From: Heptranchias perlo
Lineage: Eukaryota
DNA: 64,000 bases
Assembly (NCBI RefSeq): GCF_035084215.1
Contig: NC_090330.1
Location: 102,858,001-102,922,000, forward strand
Direction: 5' to 3'
Position 1 is the stretch's first letter; the number at the start of each line of letters is the position of its first letter. Below are positions 38,147 to 50,281 of this stretch, one piece after another. The notes below the pieces were generated by a model. It saw nothing but the letters and a program-made list of their open reading frames with translations, searched no databases and was not told the origin of the DNA. Position numbers and translations under genes: made by a program.

Positions 38147-38226
38147 AAGCATCCACTTCCCTTGGGTATCTTGCCCATTCTTTTTTTCCCTCTCACATTT
38201 CCCTCTTCTCATGTCCTGAAAACATT

Positions 38227-38694
38227 TGGGGAGAAATTGATCCTCTTTGTACCCATTTTCTGGGTGGAAAATGCATAGCAAGAAGTACAAAATTCAGAGA
38301 GCTATGTCGAAGGATGCCTAAAATACGTCCGAAACCATTTTGGCCTTGGATGATATTCAGTTGTCACAAGTGGCTGCCATAAGCAGACATTAGGCCCTTT
38401 GCATATATTAATGAGGGGCCTAACTCCTGTTTAAAGACCCCTTATCTTCATGTGGAACCAGGAGGAGCAGGAGTGTTCCTCCTAGCTCCACTACACTACT
38501 GAAAGCCGCTGCCAGTTCGTGTTAGCCTGCCTAACTCAGTTCATGGCCTACAGCCAGCCCAAATTGGAAATCTTCAAGCCAGTGAGCTGTCTCTGGGGGC
38601 TGAGGACCAATTTTGGGAGAACCTCTTTAGGCGCGCATCCCATTTGCACCACCATTTCAGTGCCCGTCATCGGACGCCAACCAATATCGCCCCC
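38227..38694. mobile_element. Harbinger-like MITE nested in an old SINE, TSD ATT
   Basis: TGGGGAGAAATTG / CAATATCGCCCCC termini; ATT at 38224-38226 and 38695-38697; host SINE resumes after it. Confidence 0.65.
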
Positions 38695-39030
38695 ATTGAC
38701 CCCTTGCTGGGATAGAATTACATGGGCACCCGTTACCCTCCAGTATCTTGTCCAAGCAGCCATCTTTCATGTATGGGCCTAGACAGTGCGCATCAGCAAA
38801 CTATTCAGGAGGGGGAAGAGAGAGCAGAGCTGTCACCCATCATCCGCACATGCACACTTCCCAGGCGACCCTGGTTGATTTTCCTCTCCTAAATTCCAAG
38901 GCATGAGGTCAATCACAACACTATTACTACAGTCCCAGCTGAGACCAGCAAATTTAGCACAGATTAAGAGTCAAATTGGGGACATTTACAGTTTGTATGC
39001 TTCAATTGCTCAATGATCTTACCAGCGAAG
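38695..39030 (-). mobile_element. Old tRNA-derived SINE (second family)
   Basis: GCCTAGACAGTG, CACATGCACACTTCC and AGCTGAGACCAGCAAATTTAGCACAGA blocks. Confidence 0.55.
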
Positions 39031-39119
39031 CCAGCTAATGACCGTCCAAATGTAACACCATACAGTAAGTCTTAGGGGGCTATTTGGCTGAGGAGGGGGA
39101 ACATATCACAGCCAAAAAC

Positions 39120-39430
39120 AACAGCAGCAACAACAACTTGCATTTATATGTCACCTTTAACTTAGTAAAACATCACAAGGCGATTCACAGACTATTATCA
39201 CACAATATTTGACACCAAGTCACATAAGGAGACATGAGGACAAAAGCTTGGTCAAAGAGTTAGGGTTTAAGGAATGTCTTAAAGGAGAAGAGAGATGTAG
39301 AGAAGTAGAGAGGTTTAGGGAGAGAATTCCAGAGCTCAGGGCCTAGGCAGCTGAAGGCACTGGCACCAATGGTGGAGCAAAGAAAATCGGGGAAGTGCAT
39401 GAGGCCAGAATTGGAGGAATGCAGAGTTCA
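39120..39430 (-). mobile_element. L2 3' end
   Basis: (CAA)n CTTGCATTTATATG...GCCTAGGCAGCTGAAGGCAC. Confidence 0.85.
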
Positions 39431-39469
39431 CTGCTCCTCCGCTGAATCTGTTGGTAAGTGCGCTGCCCA

Positions 39470-39815
39470 GCAACGCCTCGGGCTCAATCCTGGTTTCAGC
39501 TGAGTCAGTCGCTCTCACCAAGGGTGCTACTTTTGAGCTGTGTCCCTCGGCTAGCAAATAAAAATATCAGCCTGCATTAATGCCCCTGATCACTATCCCA
39601 TGACCCCTGCTGCAAAGTGCAGATGTGTGAATGTCAAGTCAGGACAGGATCGGGCTCATCTGCGATTCCTCTAATTGTTGAATAGCTTCCCAACAGTCAC
39701 TGCTTAGCCTCACACAAGAAGAACGGCTGCTTAGGAAAGGTACCAGACGACTGCCAGCACCTGGGGAAACATGTGGCAGCACCTCCAGGAGAAAAGGGGA
39801 GAAAATTGGTGGGAA
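39470..39815 (+). mobile_element. Old tRNA-derived SINE (second family)
   Basis: CCTGATCACTATCCCATGACCCCTGCTG...GGACAGGATCGGGCTC...CAGGAGAAAAGGGGAGAAAATTGG. Confidence 0.6.
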
Positions 39816-39883
39816 AGAATTAAAAATAAAAAGAAAAATTATCCTCTAACACAATTTTATATTGGGTCTGTCATGTGACTCAA

Positions 39884-40430
39884 GAACATAAGAATATAAG
39901 AAATAGGAGCATAAATAGGCCCCTTGATCCTGCTCTGTCATTCAATCAGATCATGGCTGATCTTCGACCTCAACTCCACTTTCCCGCCCGATCCCCATAT
40001 CCCTTGATTTCCCAGAGTCCAAAAATCTATCTATCTCAGCCTTGAATATATTCAATGTCTCAGCATCCACAGCCCTCTGGGGTAAAGAATTCCAAAGATT
40101 CACAACAATCTGAAGAAATTCCTCCTCATCTCAGTCTTGAATGGCCGACCCCTGTGACTATGCCCCCTAGTTCTAGTCTCTCTAGCCAAGGGAAACAATC
40201 TCTCAGAACCTACCCTGTCAAGCCCCCTCATAATCTTATATGTTTCAATGAGATCACCTCTCATTCTTCTAAACTCTAGAGAGTAAAGGCCCATTCTACT
40301 CAACCTCTCTTATAAGACAACCCTCTCATCCCAGGAATTAATCTAGTGATCTTTTTGTTGCACCGCCTCCAAGGCAAGTACATCCTTCCTGAGATAAGGA
40401 GAGCAAAACTGTATGCAGTACTCCAGGTGA
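39884..40430 (-). mobile_element. CR1 (HER1-type) 3' end
   Basis: Minus ORF SRMGLYSLEFRRMRGDLIETYKI; tail AAGAACATAAGAATATAAGAAATAGGAGC. Confidence 0.92.
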
Positions 40431-41444
40431 GGCGAATGGACGAAGATTCCAATTCCTAGGAAATTTGACTTAATGGCATGGTCTGCATAGTCCACCAGTT
40501 AGCATTTTGAAGGAAATTAAAGCTGTTTAGTCAGACTAAAACTGTACCCTATTTATCACCCTGGTTACATAATGTTGGCTCTGAAAACTGAATTAGTCAC
40601 ACATCTTATCCGAGCACATCATTCCGAGTCTTAAGTGTTGCTTTGTATTTCACTTTACAAAAAATACAGTGTTAATCAATGTGCCCATTTAAAATGGGAG
40701 AAGCAAAGTGGAAAGGCAGACTACATGCAGTTGGACAGTATTCTTCAAAGCTCAAAGATTATTTCAGAGTAGAGCAAAATTAAGTGAAATATAATCCCTG
40801 TAATTTAAAAAAACTATTTTAATAACAGTGAGTAAATATAAATGTCAAGGTTATTTAAAGCTCCTCTTAGGTCAAAATAATCTATCACTGTGTGGGGGTG
40901 TGGTGATAATGTTGGGAAGCAGATCTGCGTTTAAGAAACCAATTAAAACATGCGACGCCTTGTAATTATATAAATTCTACATTAATTACAATTTAATGAA
41001 TAAGTTTGGGGGCTACATTTTATATATTATTCAAATACATATACTCTGGGGGTATCAATAATTCATTGCACATAAAGGCCAAACTAATTTATTTATTAAG
41101 AAAAAATTAGGATTTGTGCTTTTCTTTCTAACAATGAAAACTCAGCATAAATACAGCTTCTTAGGGCACAGCTGGCCTGCCTTCTCTGTCAGAGGCACAT
41201 TGAATGTTCATCTGATGTACGTGAAGATTGACACTGAATTTGACGTGCAAACAAAAAGCTCAGGAAACATCAATGCCACTGGAATAAAATCTAGACATGA
41301 AATAAGCAAGTAGGAAGTGAGTCCATGTGCCTCCATGTTCTCATTTGTGGGCCAAATATTTAAAGCTGATCTAAAACCAATCAGGGTGAGCTAAAAAAGA
41401 TCAAATTGTTAATTTTTATAAAGTATTTAAAAAAATTTGATTAG

Positions 41445-42315
41445 AGCAACTTGCATTTCTATCGAACTCCTCACATACTGAGAGTCTCAAAGTTCTTTAT
41501 AGGGCATTCAACAAATGGACATTGAGCAGGAGGGAGAAAGGGAAGATGTGGAGGAGTGGGGGGGTTGGGGGGTAGGAGGGGTTGAAGAGAAGGTTTTTGA
41601 ATCCTGGGAGGAAGAACATGAGGTGAGAATGCTGAGTGAGTGAGTTGCTGAGGGTGGAGGCATAAAGGCTGAAATAGCAGCCACAGATGGATGAATAGAG
41701 GGAGCAGGGAGCACCAAAGTCGGCTGGTATCAAACAGAGAATGCCAGCAGGAACATGCAGTTGGAGGAGCTGGCTGGGTTAGGTCAGGGAACAGCCACGG
41801 GGGGATTTGAATTTGAGGATAAGAATCTTAAAAGTCAATGGGGAGCTGGCAGTGATGGGATACGGGACTGATTGTGGATGAGAAATTAGGCCGTGGCATT
41901 TTGGGTGACTTATTTAATGAGGGTGGAAGAGGGGAGGCTGGAGAAATCTCAAGGTGATGAAGGCACGATTCAGGGTTTCAGCAGCAGAGAGACAGAGATA
42001 ATGGCGGAGGGGAGCAAGGTTTCACAAGTAAATTAATGCAGTCTTGCTGACGGATTGGACTAGAGGCAGGACGGTGAACTTGGGGTCACAGAGGATGCAA
42101 AATTTCCGCACCTCTGGGCATGGCCTGAGATGACAGCCAGGGATGTTGATAAAGTTGTGTCTAGAGTGTTTGTGGAAGGTGAAGTGTTTTGCCACTATTT
42201 AGTTGGAGGAGATTTTGGTTTATCCTGGTATTAATGTTGGACAGCGAGATAGAGAGGTCGTCTCGCTCCATTGCAAGCAGCAAGACATTTAACAGATTTG
42301 GAAAACCTTGAGAGG
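41445..42315 (-). mobile_element. Highly diverged L2 LINE 3' part
   Basis: Minus strand gives VRKFCILCDPKF...SAAETLNRAFIT (L2 VRNLGV.FD / AETLIHAF equivalents); L2-like tail AACTTGCATTTCTAT. Confidence 0.6.
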
Positions 42316-42520
42316 TGTTGCATCCTTGCACAGCTGCTGCTGTTTCTTTCCTTGCATCTCATCTGCTTTTCATGATGACCAAAATGACAGAATGTTTCTT
42401 TTGTTATTTGTATGGTACTTGGCTTCATTCCCTTGTCAGGGTTATTGCTGTACCATATGTAGATGACCAAAATCTCTGCCAATTTCTATTATCTACTGGC
42501 GGTGGGGGGAAGGCAATTAA

Positions 42521-42906
42521 CATGGAAACATAGAAAATAGGAGCAGGAGTAGGCCATTCGGCCCTTCGAGCCTGCTCCGCCATGGCTGATCCTCTATCTC
42601 AATACCATATTCCCGTGCTCTCCCCATGCCCCTTGATGCTTTTTTTGTCAAGAAATCTATCTAGCTCCTTCTTAATATATTCATGACTTGGCCTCCACAG
42701 CCTTCTGTGGTAGAGAATTCCACAGGTTCACCACCCTCTGAGTGAAGAAATTTCTCCTCATCTCAGTCCTAAATGTATCCTGAGCCTGTGACCCCTCATT
42801 CTGGACCCCCCCCCTCCCAAGCCTGGGGAAACATTCTCCCTGCATCCAGTCTGTCTAGCCCTGTCAGAATTTTATATGTTTCAATTAGATGTTTTATATG
42901 TTTCAA
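42521..42906 (-). mobile_element. CR1 3' end
   Basis: LIETYKILTGLDRLDAGRMFP; tail CATAGAAAATAGGAGCAGGAGTAGGCCATTCGGCCC. Confidence 0.88.
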
Positions 42907-43009
42907 TTGTCGCAAAATAGTAAATGCAGCCTTTAGACTTGCAGTTATGATTTTGCTCCAAATAGTGAAGAGAGACAATGTGCCCTCAGAAGCTGACCAA
43001 GAAACATGA

Positions 43010-43420
43010 TATAAAAGCAGAAAATGCTGGAAATTCTCAGTAAGTCAAGCAGCATCTATGGGGAAAAGAACAGAGTTAACGTTTTAGGTCTAAGACCTTT
43101 CGTCAGAACTGGAAGAACTTAAAGATTTAACAGTTTTTAAGCAAATATAGAGCCAGGGAAAGTGGAGGGGGGTGGGGGTGGTGGAGGGGGAGGAAGGGGA
43201 GAGGAGGAAAGAACAAATGGAAAGGTCTGTGATAGGGCGGAGGGCAGGAGTGATTAAATGACAAAAGGGATGATGGTACAAGGCAAGGAGGGTGATAATG
43301 GGACAAGTAAAGAAACAAAAGATGGGTCTAGAGTAGCTGTAAATGGCAACATCAGAACCATTAGCATCACCCGCTGTCCGAAAAAATGGGAACAGTGGTT
43401 ATGATCTGAAGTTATTAAAA
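43010..43420 (-). mobile_element. Penelope-like element 3' region with hammerhead core (GAAA changed to AAAA)
   Basis: Minus strand AGTT-CTGACGA-A-AGGTC-TTA-GACCT-AAAA-CGTT-AACT; same terminus as 50600-50760 and 55790-55890. Confidence 0.65.
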
Positions 43421-43990
43421 CATGATGATGTGCATAAGCTTCTGCAGTTTTTCTACCATTATGAATTCACACCTGGTAAGGGTGTATTTATATTACAACT
43501 TTAGACATTGGGTGGGTCATGGCTTGACTTCGAAGGGGAATGATTTGAGATCCTCTGAAGGAGCCAGTCTAGAATTCCGTGCAGTGTAACTGCAGCAAGC
43601 TTCCATGACACTCTTTAAATGTATGCAGTGTTTATTTTGAGTTTACTTAGAGTGCAGGCACTCCATTCCCCACTCCTGAAACATTTAAAATGTAACAGCT
43701 GGGAGTGGGGCTTTGTGCCTATCAGCACATGTCCCGTGTTCTGTCCTGACTGGGAGCCAGGCCGCTTAAATAAGTTGCTGCCTGGTTGCAAGTCTCATAC
43801 CGCTGGTGACAGTCTAAACACACTGATAGAGTGAATAAAACTCAGCAAACTGTCTGACAAAAGACTGTCAGACAGTTGCATAATTTCTCTTAAAGGGACA
43901 AGTCATAAGAAGTTGGGTAAAATTAATCTAATCCAAATGCATCTAAATTCCACCAAATAGGATTATTGACATTTTAAAGTTGATATGGAT

Positions 43991-44083
43991 TCCTTCTTAC
44001 TCTGTGGTGCTTTTTAAATGTTCCTGTCACAGCACAACGGCTTTCACATCCACCTGAGACACATACGCCCTTAAATACATCCC
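43991..44083 (+). repeat. 93-bp direct repeat, copy A
   Basis: 86/93 identical to 48000-48092. Confidence 0.9.
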
Positions 44084-45171
44084 TATAAAAAACTCCATGG
44101 GGCCGATTTTCCAAAATTGCACTCCCGAATGGAGCCTCACCTGTGGTCAGTTCATATTGGGAATAGCCAACATACTGCCCATGATTTTCCAAGCTGCACT
44201 TTTGGCACATAAGGCTCTTCACCATGAACATGACTTCGGAAAACTGGCCTTGTGTATGATTGTTAAGTTATTCTATCTAAACTCACGTTTTTGGTAATGT
44301 AAAGGAATACTTCATTTTGAGAGTAGTTTATTTTAAAATCCTTTGTTTTGGAATCACAATCTCAGGTTTTGAGGGGAGTCTAATCCATAAAAAAGAATGT
44401 TTATTTTGTGTGGTACAATATTGGTGTCTTAATACCAACTCATGCCAACGAATGGGTACTTAAAGAAGACTAAAAGTGGAGGTGTGCAACATTGAACACA
44501 TTTTTAATACAAAGCAATGGGTTGCTTCAGTTTCTGATCTCTCCTCTTTAGCTCTGTGTTTCCACACAGATGTTATCATTTTCATCGTGAATGTGAGAGT
44601 TTAGAGACCAGGAAGCAGGAAAGGAACCAATCCAAACCAAGCAAGTCTGTTTTACATTCCAGTGTATCCAGTGAGTAAAGGCAGTTAAGTCTCTTATGCT
44701 TTGAACTGCATGGTGGATAATGAGTATCTGGCAGGGATTGAGTGAAGCAAAACCATAATTTATTTGTAGGGTGGGAAGGGGTCAGATTTAACATTAAAAA
44801 AAGCACAACAGCAGTTTATAATCATTGAACCTAATTTAAAGTCTTAGAAAGGTTTTGTTGCATTGTGTTTGTTTCTTCTGCCAGGCACCCACCCATTTGT
44901 AACATCTGGTGACTGGTGAGATGCCAGTTTCCCCGGAAATCTTGCCAGCATACGGCCAACGGTAAGCACACCTGCATGAAGCAGGCATGTTTGCTGTACG
45001 ATGGCTGTAAGCGGGTCTCACAATACCTTCTCTTAATGGCAGTCGATCTCAAAGAGCTGTTTGCCGTTATAATTGTGGCGCAAGAGTGAGGGAGCAGCAA
45101 ACTGTGGAAGTTTTTACATTGGGACACGTAGGCCAGACCAGCCCACTGGGCTGGTGCTCCCAATAGCACCG

Positions 45172-45667
45172 TAAACTTAAGCTCATCTAAAACTCTGATG
45201 CCCGTATCCTGACTCGCAGCAAGGCCCGTTCACCTATCATCCTTATGCTCGCTGACCCACATTGGCTCATGATCCAACAGCACCTCCATTTTAAAAATTC
45301 TCATCCTCGTGTTCAAATTCCTCCATGGCTTCGCCCCTCCCTATCTCTGTAACCTCCTACAGCCCTCCGAGAAACCTGCGTTCCGTCAGTTCTAGCCTCA
45401 TGTGCACCCCTGACTTCCTTCGCCCCACCATTGGCGGCCGTGCCTTCAGCTGTCTAGGCCCTAAGCTCTGGAATTCCCTCCCTAAACCCCTCCACCTCCT
45501 TTTCCTCCTTTAAGACACTCCTTAAAACCTACCTCTTAGACTTCACCTGTCCCAATGTCTCCGTCTTTGGTTCGGTGTCAATTGTCAATTTTTGTCAGAT
45601 TACACTACTGCCTTGGGACGTTTTATTGTGTTAAAGGCATTATTTAAATTCAAGTTGTTGTTGTTGT
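45172..45667 (+). mobile_element. L2 3' end
   Basis: RPTIGGRAFSCLGPKLWNSLP; tail TTCAAGTTGTTGTTGTTG. Confidence 0.88.
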
Positions 45668-46406
45668 AAATGATGTGAAGCCCACCCTAAGATGTAAATA
45701 ACCCCTTCTTCCCAGATTTGGGATGGGGTCAGGGGAGACAGGCAGGGGGATGTTCTGCTCCCCCTCACTTCTGACAGCAGAGCGGGGTCCTGAATTTCTA
45801 GGCTACAATGGCAGTTTAAGTAAAAACACATAAACATTAGCTTGTGCTGGATAACGCTGCCACCTTCTGAACATGCACAGATTTGTGTTTTTGTACAACT
45901 TGTACCAGTGCTATCATTGTTAATTTATTGGTTTCTCCCTGTAACTCGGATTTGCTGTATAATAATGAGTGTAATCTCTAGTCTAAATTAATCTATAGCC
46001 TATTCATTTTTAAAGCAGGTTATCACAGAGCAGTTCATAGTTAATATTCATTAAGGTTCTCAACATACTTTATACAGACTGGTTTTATCTGTATTAAGTC
46101 TTAATTCATATTAAATCTAAATTAATAGGTTTTGTGTCGCTGGAACTCGTAGGCAATTTGGTTTCATTAAAATCCAGTTTAATAGACATATACTGTTGAT
46201 GTGGATTTAAGTCGATCTGCCATACAGATACAATTTAGGCAGTAGACTTGAACAAAACTGGAAATTAGCACATTTAGTATTCTCAAGACATAAATACACA
46301 TCGTTTTGTGAGAAGTGTCTACCTTACTGGAATGTTAATGTCGATTAATAAATGGTAGGGCCAAGTTTTTACTTAAATGAAGGTAAACTGGTAACTCTGA
46401 CATATT

Positions 46407-46640
46407 GGAGGTGAAATTGCGCTCATTTTCTGGGCAGAAAACGGGGGCAAAAAGGACCAATTATGCGGGGCAATGTCCCACGCTCTTAGGACGCCTAAAA
46501 TACATCCGGCGCCATATTGGCCTCAGACGATATTCAGGCATCCCAGGCGGCCGTCTTAAACAAACATTAGGCCCCTTGCCTATGTTAATGAGGGGCCTTA
46601 CGCCTGTTTGAGAACCTCATCCAAAAATTGGGCAGCCCTG
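46407..46640. mobile_element. MITE 5' fragment (family of 38227 and 51082)
   Basis: GGAGGTGAAATTG start; shared CATTAGGCCCCTTGC.TATGTTAATGAGGGGCCT core. Confidence 0.5.
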
Positions 46641-47677
46641 GGACTGTGGGAAGAGCCAGTTGACAAAAAGGTCTCCACATTGCCAGCCTTAGCCAACCCA
46701 GCAGGTTTACCTTGGGGTTATCGCATGCTGTGCATGTCAGCAGCCAGGAGCACTCGTTCAATATAAAAAGCAGCTAAAGAAGCAGTGGGACCTACAAAGG
46801 GGGTGATGGGGAGAAGAAAATCAAAATGGCTCATTCGCTGCTAGAGTACACTATTAACATTAATTGCTCTCAGCGTGAGCCTGAGGTTATCGAAGAGGTA
46901 CGTAAGACACATGTTCCTCAACCTCATTTGGAAAAGTAAAATTATATTAATGGTAATTACAAAATAAGGGAAATAAAAAGATAGCTGTGTTATACTTTCT
47001 GAAACTTATTATCCAGTAGATGCTGTGGGTAAACGGAAACAATTATTTAGCAGGCAAAAGGTCAGAGAGAAAAGAGCACATATGTTTTTACTTGAAGGGG
47101 AGTTGGTCACTGACAACTTTTTTTGAACAATTCTTGATTTTTTTTGGTGAGTAGGACAGCCAATGGTTGAAGCATTATTGACACCTGAAGACTCTTTTCT
47201 GTTCATTTTTTTAATGTTAGTTTTTGGTTGAATAATGCGCCCTGATGGCATTATTGGAGTTATTAGCCTAAAGTAGTTTCTGAGTCCCATGGTACCAGTC
47301 AGCTGATTACCGTTAATAGTGATTCTGTTAACTTTGCAGTTTAGTTGTGTTTGTGTGTGCACTTACTCGCGTGCAGGCATGTTTTTTGAAGCCAGGTCCC
47401 TCACCACATTGGGCTCAATAAGCCCTGTAAGTCAGTTCAACCCAAAGATGTCGTTGGCATTCGCTGTTCAAAGAAACAAAATCAGTCACAAGAATCAACA
47501 GAAGGACAGAAATAAACAAAAGAAATGAACGGAAATTCTTGATAAAGGCTTGATATTTAAGGGGGGGGTCCTGATGTTGACAGTGAGGTAGATTTTTGTC
47601 TTCATCGCATAAGTGGTAATCTAGCAGAGCAGTTTGCCTGCCTGTTATGGAACCTACCCAACTTCTTTACTCAGAGA

Positions 47678-47870
47678 CTGGTTGGAAAGTGGAACTTGCT
47701 ATCACGTGGAGTAGATGCATTTAAGGGAAAGCTAGGTAAACCTATGAGGAAGAAAGGAATGCTGATAAAGTTAGATGAAAAGGGGTGGGAGGAGGCTCGT
47801 GTGAGCCTAAATGCAGACATGGGCCAGTTGGGCTGAATGGCCTGTTTCTGTGCTGTACATTCTATGTAAT
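47678..47870 (+). mobile_element. CR1 tail
   Basis: GCATTTAAGGGAAAGCTAG...GGGCTGAATGGCCTGTTTCTGTGCTGTACATTCTATGTAA. Confidence 0.75.
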
Positions 47871-47999
47871 TCGATGTAATTTTCATCCCAATGAAATCAA
47901 TGGGATGAAAATCAAATGGGTTCCACTCCATGAGAATGAACCCCCATGCAGTGAAGATGGAAATTTATCCCAGTTGCCCTTGAAGGTGCTGTGCTCAAC

Positions 48000-48092
48000 T
48001 CCTCCTTACTCTGTGGTGTTTTTTAAATGTTCCTGTCATAGCACAACAGCTTTCACATTCACCTGAGACACATACGTCCTTAAATACATTCC
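48000..48092 (+). repeat. 93-bp direct repeat, copy B
   Basis: 86/93 identical to 43991-44083. Confidence 0.9.
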
Positions 48093-49287
48093 CATTCACA
48101 AATATACATCGTTGTCTTTCCGTTGATTTTTTTGGCATTATTTTCAGTTGTACAACTGTTCCCAGAACTCTGCGGCAGCATATTTTCCCACAACTTATAA
48201 ATGGTGTCAGAATCATACACCAGACAAATGCCAATCTTGCTACCAAAGTCACAGGCCTGCTATGTCATTTTGATGGCAAAATTATTGCAAAGAAGGGGAT
48301 AATGTACTTTAGTCCTACGAAAGCAGATGGTACATCGAAATTAAAATAACACCTTTTGGGGGAAAAAGAAGAAACTAAATTTCAGACTGGCAGAGAATAA
48401 GGGGAAAACTTAGATGTAAACTTGCAGTAAGTTACTTTGCTTTATCTTTTAAAATTCCAAAAACTACCTTGTGCCTTGAGATGGCCGCAGCCATTCCTGT
48501 GTTCATTTTCAGAGCTCCACAGCATTCCAAAGTAATACGGGATAAACTAGAACTACTGGACAGCAATTCTCTCAAACATCAGAGGTGAGCCAGGCAATGA
48601 TTGGTTCTAAAATGTCATTACACTGGTGTGCTGCTCTTCCAGTGGACTGTACCTCCACTCTTATTATCCCATTGACTTATTAAAGGTAAATTCACATCCA
48701 TCTTATATCCTGTTAAATGCCTCCTGAACATTCTAGAAAATGCTGTGCAAGATTTTCCAGCACCCACAATCTATTGACTTGACAAAGAATTTTTAAAAAA
48801 ATCAATGTAGTCCTCAGAATTCGGAACATACCGTTCATCTTATTGAGTCTTCCCAGAGGCTGAAAATTCCTTTTATTGTACTACGGCCTATTTGAAAATC
48901 GGGCCCGTAATTGTAAACGTTATTTCCTCCTGAGGTTGAGGTGGTCTGTAAGAGAAAAGTTTACGCTGGAAGAATGTCAACTGGCAGCATAACTGTTAGA
49001 AACACTTGAGTCCTGGACATAAAGTCATGGGGCTGAGTCCCATTTGATCACACTGACCAAATCTGCAGTTCTCCGGGAAGCCGTTATTCCAGGCATTCTG
49101 CAAAAACGACTCTCGCTTCCTGCTGTGTGATCATAAACGAAAGCTGATGGGCCTTCCCGCTGTTCAAGCTGGAGAAGGATGCACGGTGGTAAGCAGCTGG
49201 CGGAGGTAGAAAATTGGGCAGAGGATAAAGAAAGAATGATGATAAAGGCCAACTCACTCACAATTTGTTCTATTTCCTATCCTACAG

Positions 49288-49443
49288 GTAGCAGCGATGG
49301 CTCCTGGGATAAAGAGAAACTGCAGTCTCCCACTGCCCCAGCCTCACAGGCCTCTGTCGGTCATCCTACCCTCTCCAGCCAGCACAACCTCGCAGTAAAC
49401 CACTCCCTCAACTCCCTCCAGCAGAACCACTTATTACCCAATG
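49288..49443 (+). CDS. DACH1: Dachshund homolog 1 internal coding exon (156 nt, phase 1-1)
   Basis: Acceptor ttcctatcctacag, donor gtgagg; (G)SSDGSWDKEKLQSPTAPASQASVGHPTLSSQHNLAVNHSLNSLQQNHLLPN(G) matches recalled DACH1 SSDGSWDKE...LNHLQQSHLLPNG; in frame with the next exon. Confidence 0.9.
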
Positions 49444-49509
49444 GTGAGGACAACTTTCTGTGTCATCAGATGTCCTTGTGTATGCCATTATTTTTTTTAC
49501 CAAATTCTA

Positions 49510-49670
49510 TAAAGCATTTGGACAGTTACATGGGTAAGATGGGTATAGAGGGATATGGGCCAAGTGCAGGCAATTGGGACTAGCTTAGTGGTATAAACTG
49601 GGCGACATGGACATGTTGGGCCGAAGGGCCTGTTTCCATGTTGTAACTTCTATGATTCTATGATTCTATG
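49510..49670 (+). mobile_element. CR1 tail
   Basis: GGGCCGAAGGGCCTGTTTCCATG...(ATTCTATG)n. Confidence 0.85.
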
Positions 49671-50281
49671 TTGGATAGGAGTGTTGAGCAAGCAGCAAAT
49701 TCACCATGTGCGGCAAACATTTTTATATCTTGCACGGTTCAAAGGTTGCCAACACCTATTTAAACACATTATAGAGATGCATCTCTGAGGTATTCTTCAT
49801 ACAAATAATAATCACAAATTAAATCAGACTTTTAAAACAAAAAATCAAGTTTGAAGTAGGTATAAAATAAATATTTTGTACAGCTAGGTTGCATTTTTCA
49901 TCTTAAGGTTGGCCTATTCTTTAAGCACCATTGTGCAACTTGTATTAAACTTTTCAGCAGTGAATTGGTGTGAATTTATCTCTCATTGTGACTTTGCCTC
50001 TATTTACTGCTGGTATAATTAATTTATATTATTTTCACATCCAGTTTCTGTTGGAGTGGTACCCAGTTTGAGTACATTTCTTTCACAGGATGTCACGTGG
50101 GTGTAAATATTATGGTTGAAGAACAAGAAGGTCATGATTTTTATTTAATTGATCTATGTCGCCCTTCTCCCCATATCCCTCAATTCATACTTTCTCCAAA
50201 ATCACATCTGGTTGCCTCTTGAGCTTATTTTTACTCTTCATTCCAAACGTCCTTCCCCATTTAATTACCTCCTCTGCATAG

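Noticed and set aside
36249-38149. ATAAG as a TSD of the CR1 (and ATAAT around 29142-29635)
   Set aside because: Five AT-rich bases overlapping element sequence; chance cannot be excluded
1-49287. Upstream DACH1 exon (poly-Ala, KKIKLE region) or DD1/Ski-Sno exons
   Set aside because: No such coding sequence found by eye; presumed upstream of the window, though a small exon could be missed
49179-49583. 134-aa ORF as a single-exon gene
   Set aside because: Only 49288-49443 is DACH1-like and bounded by splice sites; the rest is intron read-through ending in a CR1 tail
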